Below, in pieces: positions 26,687 through 38,000 of a stretch of 64,000 nucleotides of DNA (position 1 is its first letter; the number at the start of each line of letters is the position of its first letter). A program made the translations under genes and the position numbers. Below the pieces are notes generated by a model. That model was not told the DNA's origin, did no database searches, and was given only the letters and a program-made list of their open reading frames with translations. The stretch is from Bauldia sp. GTDB taxonomy: Bacteria > Pseudomonadota > Alphaproteobacteria > Rhizobiales > Kaistiaceae. Location: the NCBI GenBank assembly GCA_020853895.1, contig JADYYB010000121.1, positions 470 through 64,469 of the forward strand. Direction: 5' to 3'.

Positions 26687-27700
26687 CTATCCGCCGGTCA
26701 TGCTCATGTGACGGGAGATGGAAGGGGCGCGGCCGCGGTCGATGACAAACTCATGTCCCCGGGGTTTCAGGAAGATCGCCCGGTCGATTGCGGCGTGGAG
26801 GAGGTCGTCCTCCTTCGAGGCGCGGAGCGGCGCCCGCAGATCGACGGCGCTCTCCTGGCCGAGGCACATGAAGAGCGTGCCGGTGCAAGTGACCCGGACG
26901 CGATTGCAGCCTTCGCAGAAATTGTGCGTGAGGGGCGTGATGAAGCCGAGCCGACCGCCGGTCTCCTCGACGCGGACGTAGCGCGCAGGCCCGCCGGTAC
27001 GCAAGGGAAGGTCGGTCAAGGACCAGCGTCCGGCGAGCTGCTGCCGGACGAGAGATAGCGGCAGAAACTGGTCGGTGCGATCAGGCTCGATGTCGCCCAG
27101 CGGCATGGCCTCGATGAGCGTCAGCTCCATGCCGCGCCCGTGTGCCCATTCGATGAGCGAGGGGATCTCGTCCTCGTTCGTGCCCTTGAGGGCGACCGTG
27201 TTGATCTTGACGGCGAGCCCGGCCGACCGCGCCGCGTCGATGCCGGCGAGGACCTTGCCCAGGTCGCCCCCTCGAGTGGTGAGGCGGAATGCCACCGGGT
27301 CGAGCGTGTCCACCGACACGTTGATGCGACGGACGCCACAAGCCGCCAGCTCGGCGGCATATCTCGCAAGCTGCGTGCCGTTGGTCGTGAGCGTCAGCTC
27401 CTCGAGGCCGCCACCGTCGAGATGGCGGGAGAGCATCCGGAAGAGCTCCAGCACGTTACGTCGCACGAGCGGCTCGCCGCCGGTGATGCGGAGCTTGCGC
27501 ACGCCGCGCATGATGAATGCGTTGGCCAGGCGGTCCAGCTCCTCCAGGGTCAGAAGCTCCGCCTTGGGCAGGAAGGTCATGTGCTCCGACATGCAGTAGA
27601 CGCAGCGTAGGTCACAGCGGTCGGTGACCGAGATGCGAAGATAGGTGACGCTGCGACCAAAGCGGTCCACCAGCGGCGAAGAGCACCCTGTTCTGATCAT
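26687..27700 (-). CDS. moaA: GTP 3',8-cyclase MoaA (radical SAM)
   Basis: 337 aa: [17 protein letters not shown], with the C-terminal cluster [13 protein letters not shown] and terminal GG. Confidence 0.95.
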   Translation of the reverse strand: MIRTGCSSPLVDRFGRSVTYLRISVTDRCDLRCVYCMSEHMTFLPKAELLTLEELDRLANAFIMRGVRKLRITGGEPLVRRNVLELFRMLSRHLDGGGLEELTLTTNGTQLARYAAELAACGVRRINVSVDTLDPVAFRLTTRGGDLGKVLAGIDAARSAGLAVKINTVALKGTNEDEIPSLIEWAHGRGMELTLIEAMPLGDIEPDRTDQFLPLSLVRQQLAGRWSLTDLPLRTGGPARYVRVEETGGRLGFITPLTHNFCEGCNRVRVTCTGTLFMCLGQESAVDLRAPLRASKEDDLLHAAIDRAIFLKPRGHEFVIDRGRAPSISRHMSMTGG

Positions 27701-27743
27701 CCTGAATTATCAGCATACGTCTCGAGATGCTGATTGAGCTGCG

Positions 27744-28400
27744 TCAATCTCGATTCCTGGGGTCTGGCCAGGCGCCCATCTCCAGGGCCCCTGCCCTCAC
27801 CAACCCGCCGATGAAATCGGCCAGAGCGCCAACCTCGTCGCGCCTGAAGCTCGGAGTCCCGGGAAGCGGCGCACCGTCGGAAACCAGAGCCACCGTGTCG
27901 GCATCGCCGTTTGCGTGGAGTGGCGGCGGGTCTTCTCCCGAGCGAATCTCGATGCGCTTCATTGGAATGCTCTTGAACCCCTCCACCAGCACGAGATCGA
28001 CTGGGGAAAGCCGCCGGAGAATATCGGCAAGATCTGGCGGCTCAGTCGCGTCCTCTCTCCGTTCGTGCAGAATGGCCCAGCGGCTTCTGGAGAACATGAC
28101 GACATCCACCGCGCCCGCCTCGCGGTGCACGAAGGTATCCTTCCCAGGTTGATCAAGATCGATCGCGTGGTGGACATGCTTGACGGTCGAGACCGATATT
28201 CCGCGCGCCCGCAGCGCGGGGATCAGGCGCGAGATCAGCGTGGTCTTGCCGCTGTTCTTCCAGCCCGCGACGCCGAGCACCTGGGGAAGCGCGATCGGGT
28301 TTCCCGCTGGCTGTGCGCGAAAGGCAGAGCTGTGTTCGAGGTCCCGACCTGGTTCGGCGTCCTCGTGCTTCACCCGCAACGATGGCTTCAAGGCTTTCAT
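27744..28400 (-). CDS. mobB: molybdopterin-guanine dinucleotide biosynthesis adaptor MobB
   Basis: C-terminal part of track ORF 27744..29084. ATG 28400 overlaps the narK stop. It carries the P-loop GVAGWKNSGKTTL, plus VKHVHH and LVLVEGFK. The roughly 35-aa N-terminal extension is uncertain. Confidence 0.8.
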   Translation of the reverse strand: MKALKPSLRVKHEDAEPGRDLEHSSAFRAQPAGNPIALPQVLGVAGWKNSGKTTLISRLIPALRARGISVSTVKHVHHAIDLDQPGKDTFVHREAGAVDVVMFSRSRWAILHERREDATEPPDLADILRRLSPVDLVLVEGFKSIPMKRIEIRSGEDPPPLHANGDADTVALVSDGAPLPGTPSFRRDEVGALADFIGGLVRAGALEMGAWPDPRNRD

Positions 28401-29842
28401 GCTGCCTCCTTCTTGCGCGACGGGACTGGCGAGGCCGGCGGCGACGACGGCCCGGTCGGGGCGGTGCTCCGACGCTCGATATCGCGGAGGTGGCCGCCCC
28501 GGCGCGTGTAGGCAAGGAAGGTCAGCGCCGCGCAGCTCGCGTAGAAGACCATGAAGACCCAGAGCGCCGCATCGGCCCCGCCCGTCAGCTGAATCGAGCT
28601 GCCATAGGCCATGGGGATGAAGAACGCGCCGAAGGCGGCCACCGCTGACGTGAAGCCGATGATCGCGGCCGACTCCTTCTCCGCCTCCCGGGCCCGCTCT
28701 TCCGCCCGCGCGCTCGGCATGAGGCGATCCATCTCCTTCCGCATGATCGCCGGGATCATCTGGAAGGTCGAGGCGTTGCCGACGCCCGCGAGGAAGAAGA
28801 GGGACATGAAGATCGTGAAGAAGGCCCAGAAGCTGCCGAGGGCGAGCGAGAGGAGGACACCTCCGGTCGCCGGTATCATCAGCACGAACACCCAGAAGGT
28901 GACGCGCCCACCGCCATAGCGATCCGATATCCAGCCGGTCGCCGCCCGAGAGGCCGCGCCCACCAGCGGCCCGAGAAAGGCGTATTGGAGCGAGTCGACC
29001 GCCGGGAACTGGGTCTTCATGAGAAGCGGAAAGCCGGCCGAATACCCTATGAACGAACCGAACGTTCCGAGGTAGAGCCAGCACATGATCCAGTTATGCC
29101 GGCGACGAAAGATGACCGCCTGGTCGCGAAACGAGGCGCGCGCTGCAGCGATGTCGTCCATGCCGAGCCAGGCGGCGAGCGCAGCGGCGAGGATGAAGGG
29201 CACCCAGACATAGCCCGCGTTCTGCAGCCAGACATGCCCCTCGACCCCATTCTGGACGTGGATTTGCGGGTCTCCCCCGACGGCCGCGAAGACCCCGATG
29301 CCGATGATCAGCGGCACGGCGAACTGCATCACCGACACACCGAGATTGCCGAGCCCGGCGTTGATGGCGAGCGCGTTCCCCTTTTGCGATTTCGGGAAGA
29401 AGAAGGAGATATTGGCCATCGACGAGGCGAAGTTGCCGCCGCCCAGCCCGCAAAGGAGGGCGAGGATGAGAAACACCGAGTAGGGCGTCGCCGGATTCTG
29501 GACTGCGAGCCCGATGCCCACCGCCGGGATGAGCAGGGACAGAGTGGAGAGCGTGGTCCAGAGGCGTCCTCCGAAGATCGGCACCACGAACGAGTAGATC
29601 GCGCGCAGTACCGGACCGGAAAGACCTGGGAACGCTGCCAGCCAGAAGAGCTGGCCGGTGTCAAACGCAAACCCCACCAGCGGCAGCTTCGCCACCACGA
29701 CCGACCACACCATCCACACCGCGAAGGAGAGGAGGAGGTTGGGGACCGAGATCCAGAGGTTGCGTTGGGCGACCGCCCTTCCCCGTTCCTGCCAGAAGCG
29801 CGGCTCCTCGGGCCGCCAGTCGGTGATGATGCGAGTGCCCAT
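28397..29842 (-). CDS. narK: MFS nitrate/nitrite transporter, NarK2-type (antiporter-like)
   Basis: 481 aa: WRPEEPRFWQERGRAVAQRNLWISVPNLLLSFAVWMVWS, with 12 TM segments. Confidence 0.9.
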   Translation of the reverse strand: MGTRIITDWRPEEPRFWQERGRAVAQRNLWISVPNLLLSFAVWMVWSVVVAKLPLVGFAFDTGQLFWLAAFPGLSGPVLRAIYSFVVPIFGGRLWTTLSTLSLLIPAVGIGLAVQNPATPYSVFLILALLCGLGGGNFASSMANISFFFPKSQKGNALAINAGLGNLGVSVMQFAVPLIIGIGVFAAVGGDPQIHVQNGVEGHVWLQNAGYVWVPFILAAALAAWLGMDDIAAARASFRDQAVIFRRRHNWIMCWLYLGTFGSFIGYSAGFPLLMKTQFPAVDSLQYAFLGPLVGAASRAATGWISDRYGGGRVTFWVFVLMIPATGGVLLSLALGSFWAFFTIFMSLFFLAGVGNASTFQMIPAIMRKEMDRLMPSARAEERAREAEKESAAIIGFTSAVAAFGAFFIPMAYGSSIQLTGGADAALWVFMVFYASCAALTFLAYTRRGGHLRDIERRSTAPTGPSSPPASPVPSRKKEAA

Positions 29843-29878
29843 GGGTGCTCCTTGATCCGTTCGCGTCGTGCGTCCTTC

Positions 29879-31240
29879 TCAGTCGGCCATGCGGACGACG
29901 GCACTGGCCGGGGCGTCTCCCGTTTGCTGGGGGCGCGGATAGGGTTGCTCGGGGAGGTCGCTGAGCTCGGTCTCGGCGGCCAGTTGCGGATGGCGGCGGA
30001 CTTCGGTCCGGCGGATGGCGACGTGCATCCAGACCGTGGAGACGCCGACGAGGGCGAACAGCAGCATGAAGCAGCTGCTCCAGACGCCGGTGAGATCGTT
30101 GAAGATGCCGAAGACGATGGGCAGCACGAAGCCGCCCAGCCCGCCGATCATGCCGACAAGGCCACCGACCGAGCCGACGTGGTAGGGATAGTAGACGGGA
30201 ATGTGCTTGTAGACCGCGGCCTTGCCCAGCGACATCACGAAGCCGAGGATGATGGTGAGGAGCGTGAAGAGCGGCACGTTGAGGCCGAAGGCGAAGGTGA
30301 TCGGCCCGTTGATGCCGGTGACGACGTATTGGGTCTCCGGATAACTCAGGATGAAGAGCGCGATCAGCGAAACGATGAAGGTGAGATACATCACGAACCG
30401 CGCGCCCCAGCGATCCGACATCCATCCCCCCAGGGCGCGGAATACCGAGCCGGGAAGGGCGTAGGCGGCCGCTAGCGCGCCGGCGGTCTTGAGGTCGAGC
30501 CCATAGGCGCCGACATAGTACCGCGGCAGCCAGCTCGCGAGCGCCACGAACGCCCCGAAGACGAAGAAATAGTAGGTGGCGAAACGCCAGACCTGGACCT
30601 TCTTGAGCGGCTCGAGCTGCATGGCGGCAGAGACCTTCACGCCGCCCCGCTCCCTCTCCGCCTGCGCCGGATCGTCCCGCATCAAGGCAAAGGCGGCGAC
30701 CGCCATGCCGGCAAGGATGAGGGCGTAGATCTGGGCGGTCCGCTCCCATCCGAACGCCACGACCAGGAACGGCGCCCCGAACGTGGTGACCGCCGAGCCC
30801 ATGTTTCCCATCCCGAAGATGCCGAGCGCGGTGCCCTGCGCCTTGGTGGGAAACCAGTGCGAGACGTAGGTCACTCCGACGATGAAGCTGCCGCCGGCGA
30901 GGCCCACGCCGAGCGCGGCGACGAGAAGCCAGCCGTAGCTGTCGGCCCAGGACAGAAGGAAGGTCGCCACGGCGCTGGCCAGCATGACCAGGGTCATGAC
31001 CAGCCGCCCGCCATACTGCTCGGTCCAGATCCCCAGCATCACGCGGCTGATCGAACCGCTGAGCACCGGCGTCGCGACGAGAAGACCGAACTGGGTCTCG
31101 GAGAGTCCCAGCTCCTGTTTGATCCTCACCCCGATGATCGAGAAGATCGTCCACACCGCGAAGCAGGTGGTGAACGCCACCGTGCTGACGCCGAGAGCGC
31201 GAAACTGCTGTCCACGGGTTGTACGCGGAAGCCGATCCAT
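29879..31240 (-). CDS. narK: MFS nitrate transporter, NarK1-type
   Basis: 453 aa: FRALGVSTVAFTTCFAVWTIFSIIGVRIKQELGLSETQFGLLVATPVLSGS, with 12 TM segments. Confidence 0.9.
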   Translation of the reverse strand: MDRLPRTTRGQQFRALGVSTVAFTTCFAVWTIFSIIGVRIKQELGLSETQFGLLVATPVLSGSISRVMLGIWTEQYGGRLVMTLVMLASAVATFLLSWADSYGWLLVAALGVGLAGGSFIVGVTYVSHWFPTKAQGTALGIFGMGNMGSAVTTFGAPFLVVAFGWERTAQIYALILAGMAVAAFALMRDDPAQAERERGGVKVSAAMQLEPLKKVQVWRFATYYFFVFGAFVALASWLPRYYVGAYGLDLKTAGALAAAYALPGSVFRALGGWMSDRWGARFVMYLTFIVSLIALFILSYPETQYVVTGINGPITFAFGLNVPLFTLLTIILGFVMSLGKAAVYKHIPVYYPYHVGSVGGLVGMIGGLGGFVLPIVFGIFNDLTGVWSSCFMLLFALVGVSTVWMHVAIRRTEVRRHPQLAAETELSDLPEQPYPRPQQTGDAPASAVVRMAD

Positions 31241-31261
31241 ATGATCACCCTTCCCGTACCC

Positions 31262-32764
31262 TCACGGCGTTGCCGCAAGCGCCCCGTTGAGCGTTCCCCT
31301 CGGCAGTATCTCGGCCCGCAGGTAGGCGACGAGCGCCCAGATCTCCTCGGGCGTGAGATAGCTGAACGAAGGCATCAGCGGAGCGTCGCCATTGGGGATG
31401 CCGGCTGCGATGCGGTAGTAGAGCTGCACCGGATCGGTGCCGGCCTTGACCTCGCCGGCGGCAAGATTGGCCGGAGGAAGGGGATGGCCGGGGAAGTCCT
31501 CGATGAACGCGGCCGCGTCGCCGTCGCCCGCTCCCCTCGCCCCGTGGCAGGAGGCGCAATTGTCGGCGTAGAGCTGCCGCCCCTGTCCCCGGAGCTCCTG
31601 GGTGAACGGCGGTTGAGGCGTGACCGCCACCGCCGGCCCTGGCTCAGGCCGCTCGACCCAGAGGCGATCGAGGACGGTGACCAGGCTCGCCACCTGCTCC
31701 TCCGTGAGCGCCGCGAAGCCGGGCATGCCCGAACTCGGCAGCCCTTCGACGATCACGTGGCGGAGATCGGCGTCCGACGCTATGCCGCTCTGGGTGGAGA
31801 CGAAGCGGTAGAGGCCGGCCGTGAGGTCGCGCGGAAGCGTGCCGAAAGTCGGCGAGTCCTTGCCCAGCCCGTTGCCGTCGCCCGAGACGCCGTGGCAGCG
31901 GGCGCATTGGCTGACATAGAGCGGGTAGCCGTTCTGCACCCCGCGGTCGGCGACCGTGTCGGCGGCGGCGACCTCCACGGCGGGAGTCGTCAGATCTAGA
32001 CCGCCGAGGGTGGGGGGCCGAATGAGGAAGGCGGCGGCGACGAGGATCAGCACCATGGAGGCCGCGAAATAGGTGAGGAACGACTTGTCGGTGCGGAGCG
32101 CGAATTCCCACTTCCGGCGGAACTTGTTCGCCGCGGTCCGCATCGATTGGTAGGGCCTCACCGCGATGTTGATCGGGTACGTCCAGACGTGGATGAGCTT
32201 GGTGAAGGGGAAGTACGCCGCAAACAGGAAGCCCAGAAGGACGTGGATCTGGGTGAAGAGCCCTGCCCCCGCCATGAGCTCGGGCTCCGGCCGGAAGCGC
32301 CAGAGGCTCGCGAACCAGGCAGCGCCTGGGAAAGCCGCGCCCCAGATCCGGTCGATCACCGACTGGTAGAGGCCGAGGGCGATGATGGCGATGATGAAGA
32401 GATGAACGACATAGTCGTCGAGCTGGCTCAGCGCCCGCACCTCGGGAACGGTCAGCCGGCGCACGAGCGCGACGAACGAGCCGACGATCGCCATCGCCCC
32501 ACCGACGAGACCGATCCAGAAGAAAGCGCCCACCGCCACTTGCGATCCGACAAGGCCGCCGAAGAAGCCGGAGAGATGGCCAATGAAGAGGAGGATGATG
32601 CCCCAGTGCAGGAGCAGCGAGGCGAAGCCGAGGACGCCCCGGTTGAACATGCCGCTGGCGCGCGTGGTCAGCCCGAAGGGCCTGTAGATCATCCTGATGA
32701 ACGGGACGACGAAGAACAGCGTCAGGGCGACATAGGGGAAGACCGCCCAGAGCAGTGTGCTCAT
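31262..32764 (-). CDS. narI: respiratory nitrate reductase gamma subunit NarI fused to an extra TM helix and a C-terminal dihaem cytochrome c domain
   Basis: 500 aa. The NarI core (about residues 1-205) has both haem-b His pairs (HWGIILLFIGH; IHVLLGFLFAAYFPFTKLIH). An extra TM spans about residues 229-248. This is followed by CARCH (287-291) and CASCH (403-407), with Met candidates in GMPGF and LMPSF. Confidence 0.9.
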   Translation of the reverse strand: MSTLLWAVFPYVALTLFFVVPFIRMIYRPFGLTTRASGMFNRGVLGFASLLLHWGIILLFIGHLSGFFGGLVGSQVAVGAFFWIGLVGGAMAIVGSFVALVRRLTVPEVRALSQLDDYVVHLFIIAIIALGLYQSVIDRIWGAAFPGAAWFASLWRFRPEPELMAGAGLFTQIHVLLGFLFAAYFPFTKLIHVWTYPINIAVRPYQSMRTAANKFRRKWEFALRTDKSFLTYFAASMVLILVAAAFLIRPPTLGGLDLTTPAVEVAAADTVADRGVQNGYPLYVSQCARCHGVSGDGNGLGKDSPTFGTLPRDLTAGLYRFVSTQSGIASDADLRHVIVEGLPSSGMPGFAALTEEQVASLVTVLDRLWVERPEPGPAVAVTPQPPFTQELRGQGRQLYADNCASCHGARGAGDGDAAAFIEDFPGHPLPPANLAAGEVKAGTDPVQLYYRIAAGIPNGDAPLMPSFSYLTPEEIWALVAYLRAEILPRGTLNGALAATP

Positions 32765-32767
32765 CTC

Positions 32768-33481
32768 TCAACCTCCTGCGGCAACAGCGTCGCCAGGACG
32801 CTCGGCCGCGCTTTCCGTCTTGCGATACGAGATCACGGTTGCCGGCGGCCGCCCCGCCCGCTTGGGCGGCTCCCAGGCCGGCCCGTCGCCGTGCAGCGCG
32901 CGGTCCGCCTCGACCGCGCCCTCGAGCGCGGCGACGAGGAGCGCGTAGGGCGACTCGCGCTGCGCGAGGGCCGCGCGCATCGGCGCGAGGCCCGGCCGGA
33001 AATAGGTGTCCACGAAACGGCGGCGGAGCCCGATCCTGTCGCGCTCCGGATGTCCGAGGCTGATGGCGAGGAACTCGGCCATCGCGGGGAGGAAGTCCGC
33101 GAGCTCGTTCCTCCCCAGCTCGAACCCGAAGTGCCGGTACGCCGCCGCCACCTCGATCATGTAGCCGTTGCGTCCCGACAGCCCGGCGCCGAGACAAGTC
33201 TCCGGCTCGTCGAAGATGTAGGCGCCGAGATAGAGCGGACACGGCGGGGCGAGCTCGAGGACCGCCAGATACTCGTCCGGATCGGCGGCCCGCCGCTCGC
33301 CCAGGAAAGCAAGGATCGGCGCCGCGAACGCCGCCGGCGCCCCCCGCAGCGTTGCGAGCCCTTCGGCGATCCGATCGCCGTCGCGCTCCTCCGGATAGAG
33401 GAAGAGCTCGGCCACCGTCTCATAGACGGCGGCCAGCTGATCCGGCCCGATCGCGTGGAGCGGGGTGGTCACCGTCTCCAT
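32768..33481 (-). CDS. narJ: nitrate reductase molybdenum cofactor assembly chaperone NarJ
   Basis: ATG 33481 lies 1 nt after the narH stop. The sequence reads AVYETVAELFLYPEE...YLAVLELAPPCPLYLGAYIF. Confidence 0.9.
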   Translation of the reverse strand: METVTTPLHAIGPDQLAAVYETVAELFLYPEERDGDRIAEGLATLRGAPAAFAAPILAFLGERRAADPDEYLAVLELAPPCPLYLGAYIFDEPETCLGAGLSGRNGYMIEVAAAYRHFGFELGRNELADFLPAMAEFLAISLGHPERDRIGLRRRFVDTYFRPGLAPMRAALAQRESPYALLVAALEGAVEADRALHGDGPAWEPPKRAGRPPATVISYRKTESAAERPGDAVAAGG

Positions 33482-33482
33482 G

Positions 33483-35024
33483 TCAGCTCTCCACGCCCAC
33501 ACCCTGACCGTGGAACGACTGCCGCCGGCGCGGGCTCTTGCCTGGCGCCAGCTCGTTGAAACCGGCGAAGCCGCGCTCGATGTAGGGCGCGCTGGTCGTC
33601 GTCTCGGTGTGCGTGGTCGCGATGACGAACCGCTCGTGGTAGTGCGCGAGCGCCAGCAGGCGGTGCATGTCCCGGGCGTCCTGCTCGGTGAGACCCACCC
33701 GGCTCAGGACCGACACGTCGGCCTTGCCTTCCACCCGCTCGCTGCGCCGGTAGGCGCGCACCGCGAGCTGGCGGTTCAGCGCCTTCTCGACCTCCGCGTG
33801 GTTGCCGGCGGAGAGCATGCTGGCGAGATACTCGATCGGGATGCGGAACTCCTCGAGGCTGGGGAGGACGCCCTCACCCACCATGTCGTATCCCTCACGC
33901 CCCGAGCTGGCGTTGGCGACCGGGCTTTCCGGCGGGATGTAGAAGAGGCTCGGCAGCGTCCTGAATTCGGGATGGAGGGGCAGCGCGATCTCCCACTCCT
34001 TGACCATCTTGTAGACGGGCGAGCGGCGGCAGGCGTCGAGCCAGGCTTCGGTGACGCCGGCTTCGCGCGCCGCCTCGATCACGTCGGGGTCGTTCGGGTC
34101 GAGGATCAGCTCGCGATGCCGCGCCACCAGCTCCCTGGTATTGGCATTGGCGACCTCCGCCACGCGATCCATGTCGTAGAGGATCGGGCCCAGATAGCGG
34201 ATGCGGCCGGGACAAGCCTGGAAGCAGGCCGGGGCCTGCCCGGTCTCGATGCGGGGGTAGCAGAGAATGCACTTCTCGGACTTGCCGGTACGCCAGTTGT
34301 AGTAGGTCTTCTTGTAAGGGCAGCCCGACACGCAGAGGCGCCAGCCGCGGCAACGCTCCTGGTCGATGAGGACGATGCCGTCCTCCTCCCGCTTGTAGGC
34401 GGCGCCGGACGGGCACGACCCGACACATGCCGGGTTGAGGCAGTGATTGCAGATCCGCGGCAGGTACATCATGAACGCGTCGCGGAAGCTCAGATAGGTC
34501 TTCCGCGCCGCCGGGGTCATGGCGGCGAAATTTACGTCGTGCTTCCCGGTGCCGTCCTCGTGCGTGCCGGCGCCGTTGTCCTCCCAGTTCACGCCGTAGG
34601 TGATCTCGATGTCTTCTTCGCCGCTGATCTGCGATTTCGGCCGCGCGACCGGCTGGGAGAAGCGCGTCGGCTCGGTCGAATGGAGGTCCTCATAGGTGAA
34701 GGTGAACGGACCTTTCCCATAGTACTCTTCCATCTGCGGCATGACCGGGTTGTAGAAGAGATTGATCATCTGCCAGAACCGCGACGCCTGGTTCAGCTTG
34801 GGCTGGTCGCGACCCGGGTTCTGCACCCACCCTCCCCGGTACTTGTTCTGATCCTCCCAATTCTTGGGATAGCCGATCCCTGGTTTGGTCTCGACATTGT
34901 TCCAGAACATGTATTCCGCGCCTTCGCGGTTGGTCCACACGTTCTTGCAGGCGATCGTGCAGGTGTTGCACCCCAGACATTTGTCGAGGTTGAAGACCAT
35001 CGCCATCTGCTGTTTGACTCTCAT
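33483..35024 (-). CDS. narH: respiratory nitrate reductase beta subunit NarH
   Basis: 513 aa: MRVKQQMAMVFNLDKCLGCNTCTIACKNVWT..., with four Fe-S Cys groups. Confidence 0.97.
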   Translation of the reverse strand: MRVKQQMAMVFNLDKCLGCNTCTIACKNVWTNREGAEYMFWNNVETKPGIGYPKNWEDQNKYRGGWVQNPGRDQPKLNQASRFWQMINLFYNPVMPQMEEYYGKGPFTFTYEDLHSTEPTRFSQPVARPKSQISGEEDIEITYGVNWEDNGAGTHEDGTGKHDVNFAAMTPAARKTYLSFRDAFMMYLPRICNHCLNPACVGSCPSGAAYKREEDGIVLIDQERCRGWRLCVSGCPYKKTYYNWRTGKSEKCILCYPRIETGQAPACFQACPGRIRYLGPILYDMDRVAEVANANTRELVARHRELILDPNDPDVIEAAREAGVTEAWLDACRRSPVYKMVKEWEIALPLHPEFRTLPSLFYIPPESPVANASSGREGYDMVGEGVLPSLEEFRIPIEYLASMLSAGNHAEVEKALNRQLAVRAYRRSERVEGKADVSVLSRVGLTEQDARDMHRLLALAHYHERFVIATTHTETTTSAPYIERGFAGFNELAPGKSPRRRQSFHGQGVGVES

Positions 35025-35027
35025 AGC

Positions 35028-38000
35028 TCAGCCTCCAATCCCCAGTTCGCGTTCCTGGTAGATGACCTTCCGTCCATCCCTCTCGGGCGGCTTCTTGCGG
35101 ATAAGCACCGCGCAGTCGCGCTCGGAGGGGCTGGTGCCCTGATAGTTGAGCCAGTAGGTCCAGTTGGCGTAGCCGCCGACCATCGTGGCTGGGTTCATCA
35201 TGATGCGGGTCGGCGCGTTGTTGTTTCCGCCGCGGAGGTCCGTCATTCCCCGCTCGCGCGCAAGCGAGGAGAACGGAACGCCGATATGTCGCTCAGACGA
35301 GTGGTAGAAGATCGCCATGTCACGCGGGACGGTATTGCTGACTACGGCCCGTACTACGCTGATGCCGTTCTCGTTGAAGACCTCGACCCAGTCGTTGTCT
35401 CGAACATCTATCTGGCGGGCGTCATCATCGTTGATCCAGATCACTTGTCCGCCGCGGGACAGGTTGAGCATCTGCCAAGTGTCCCAGAACATCGAGTGGA
35501 TCGACCACTTGCCGTGCGGGGTGATGTAGCGGAAGAGCTTGGCGCCCTTCATTTGCAGATCCTTCGAGGACACGTCGCCGATCTTCACCATGTCCACCGG
35601 AGGCTTGTAGGTCGGGAGATCCTCGCCTAGTTCGCGGAACATGCGATGGTCGTAGTAGATCTCCTGCCGGCCGGTGAGCGTGTGCCACGGCTTCAGCGTC
35701 TCGATGTTGAGGGTCCACGGGCAGTAGGTCCGCCCGGCGCTTTCGATCGCCGACCAGTGCGGCGAGGTGATCGAACGGCGCGGCTGCGAGATGAGATCGG
35801 TGAAATGGTGGCGCACCTCGCGCTCAGGCTCGACCAGGTGGGCGAGCTTGAGCCCGGTCTGCTTCTCGAGGCCTTCGAAGAGCTTGTGCGAGATCTCGCC
35901 GTCGCTCTCCGGCGAGATGCGAAGGATGATCTCCGCCACCTGCCGCGCGTCGTCCATCGCCGGCCGGCCGTCCTTCTCGCCGACCAGGTAGCTCTCCTTG
36001 AGCTCCTCGTAGGCCTCCGAGATGTCCCCCCTGATGCCCTTGGCGCCGTAGCCGCCGGGCTGGGCGATCTTCGGGCCCAGCGAGGAGTACATGTCGAAGA
36101 TCTTCGAGTAGTCGCGCTTGACGATACTGATATTGGGGAAGGTCTTGCCGGGGATCGGATCGGTCCCCTCCTCCTTCCAGTCGTGGAGCTCGCCGAAGGG
36201 CTGGGCCATCTCGTCCGGCGTGTCGGTCGAGAGCGCCGTCATCACGAGGTCTTCGATCGGCTCGGGCAGATAGTACTTAGCCAGCTCGCTGACCTTGGCC
36301 GCGATCAGCCTGAAGATCTCCCAGTCGTGCTTGGCCTCCCATGCCGGATCGTGCGCCGGCGTGAAGGGATGGAAGAACGAGTGCAGGTCGGTGCAGGTGA
36401 GGTCGTACTTCTCGTACCAGTGCGCCGTGGGAAGAACGATGTCCGAATAGTTGGCGGACGAGTCCATCCGGAGGTTGAGGTTGTAGATGAGGTCGAGCTT
36501 TCCAAGCGGCGCCTGCTCGTGCCACTCGATCTCCTTGACCAGATCCTCGGCGCGATCCTCGCCGAGCACATTGTTATGCGTGCCCAGCATATGTTTGAGG
36601 TTGTACTCGTGGCCGCGCATGCTGGTGCCGATGAGATTGCCGCGGTAGATCCACATCACCTTCGGATGGTTCTCGGGCGCATCAACGTCCTTGAGCGCGA
36701 AGTCGAGCTTGCCTGCCTTGAACTGGCCGGCGACCCACTTCCTGACCTGCTCGTCGGTCTTGCACCCGGCGGCACGGGCCTCCTTGAGGACGTTGATCGG
36801 GTTCTTCTTGTCGAACTGCGGGAAGAAGGGCAGCCACCCATTCCGCAGGGCGAGCATGTTCATGTCCGCCGAGTGCTTGGCTTTCTTGGGGAATATCTCC
36901 GCCCGTGGCGCCCATAGCGGGTCGAGCGGCATCCCGTCGTACCGCCACTGGTCGGTGTGGAAGTAGAAGTAGGAGGTCGAGTTCATCTGCCGGCCGACAT
37001 TGCCCCAGTCGGCCGCGCCGCCGAGATTGCCGATCGCCGCAAAGGTGCGGATCTTCTCGGTGCCCACATAGTGGGCGAAGCCGCCCCCGTTCACGCCTTG
37101 GCAGCCGGTGAGGATGCCCATCACCGCCTCGGCGCGGTAGGTCAGCGTTCCGCCGTGGTACCAGTGGAGGATGCCCGAGCCGGTGATGAAGAGGCACTTG
37201 CCCTTGGTCTTCTCCGCCGTGTCGGCCCACTCCCGCGCCACGCGGATCGCCATGTTGCGGTCGACGCCCGTCTCCTGTTCCTGCCAGGCGGGCGTATAGG
37301 GCTGCGAGGCGTCGTCGTAGTTCTTGGGATATTGGCCCGAGAAGCCGCGGTTGATCCCGAACTGGGCCAGCAGCAGATCGTACGCCGTCGTCACATGGAC
37401 CGGCCCCGACTTCGTCTCGATGACCCGGGTCGGCACGCCGCGGAGGCTGGGCCGCGCCAGCGCTCCCTTTCCTTCCGTGGTGCCCAGCTCGGTGTTGAAG
37501 GTGTGGGTGAAGTCCGCGAACTCCACCTGGACCTCCTCGTACTTGCCGTCGGCGAGCGTGAGGAGCGGGTCGAACGGCTTGCCGCTGACCGCGTCTTCCT
37601 GTTTGAGGTTCCAGCGTCCGGTCTTCTTCTTCTCCCAGCGGAAGCCCAGCGATCCGCCGGGGAGCCGGAGCTCACCGCTCTTGTCGAAGAGCGGCATCTT
37701 CCACTCGGCATTCTCCTCGCCGGCATATTGATTGAGGTCGCTCGCCCGCAGGAACCGCCCGCCGAGATAGCGGTCGCCCTTCTGCTCGAGCATGACCAGG
37801 AAAGGAAGGTTGGTGTACTTGCCGATATATTCGTGGAAGTAGGGAGCACGCCGGTTGATGTGGAATTCCTGCAGGATCACATGGATGCACGCCATCAGGA
37901 AGGCGGCGTCCGTACCCGGCCGGACCGGCACCCAGAGATCGGCGAACTTGGTCACGTCCGAGTAGTCGGGCGACAGGTTCACCAACTTGCCGCCGTTGTA

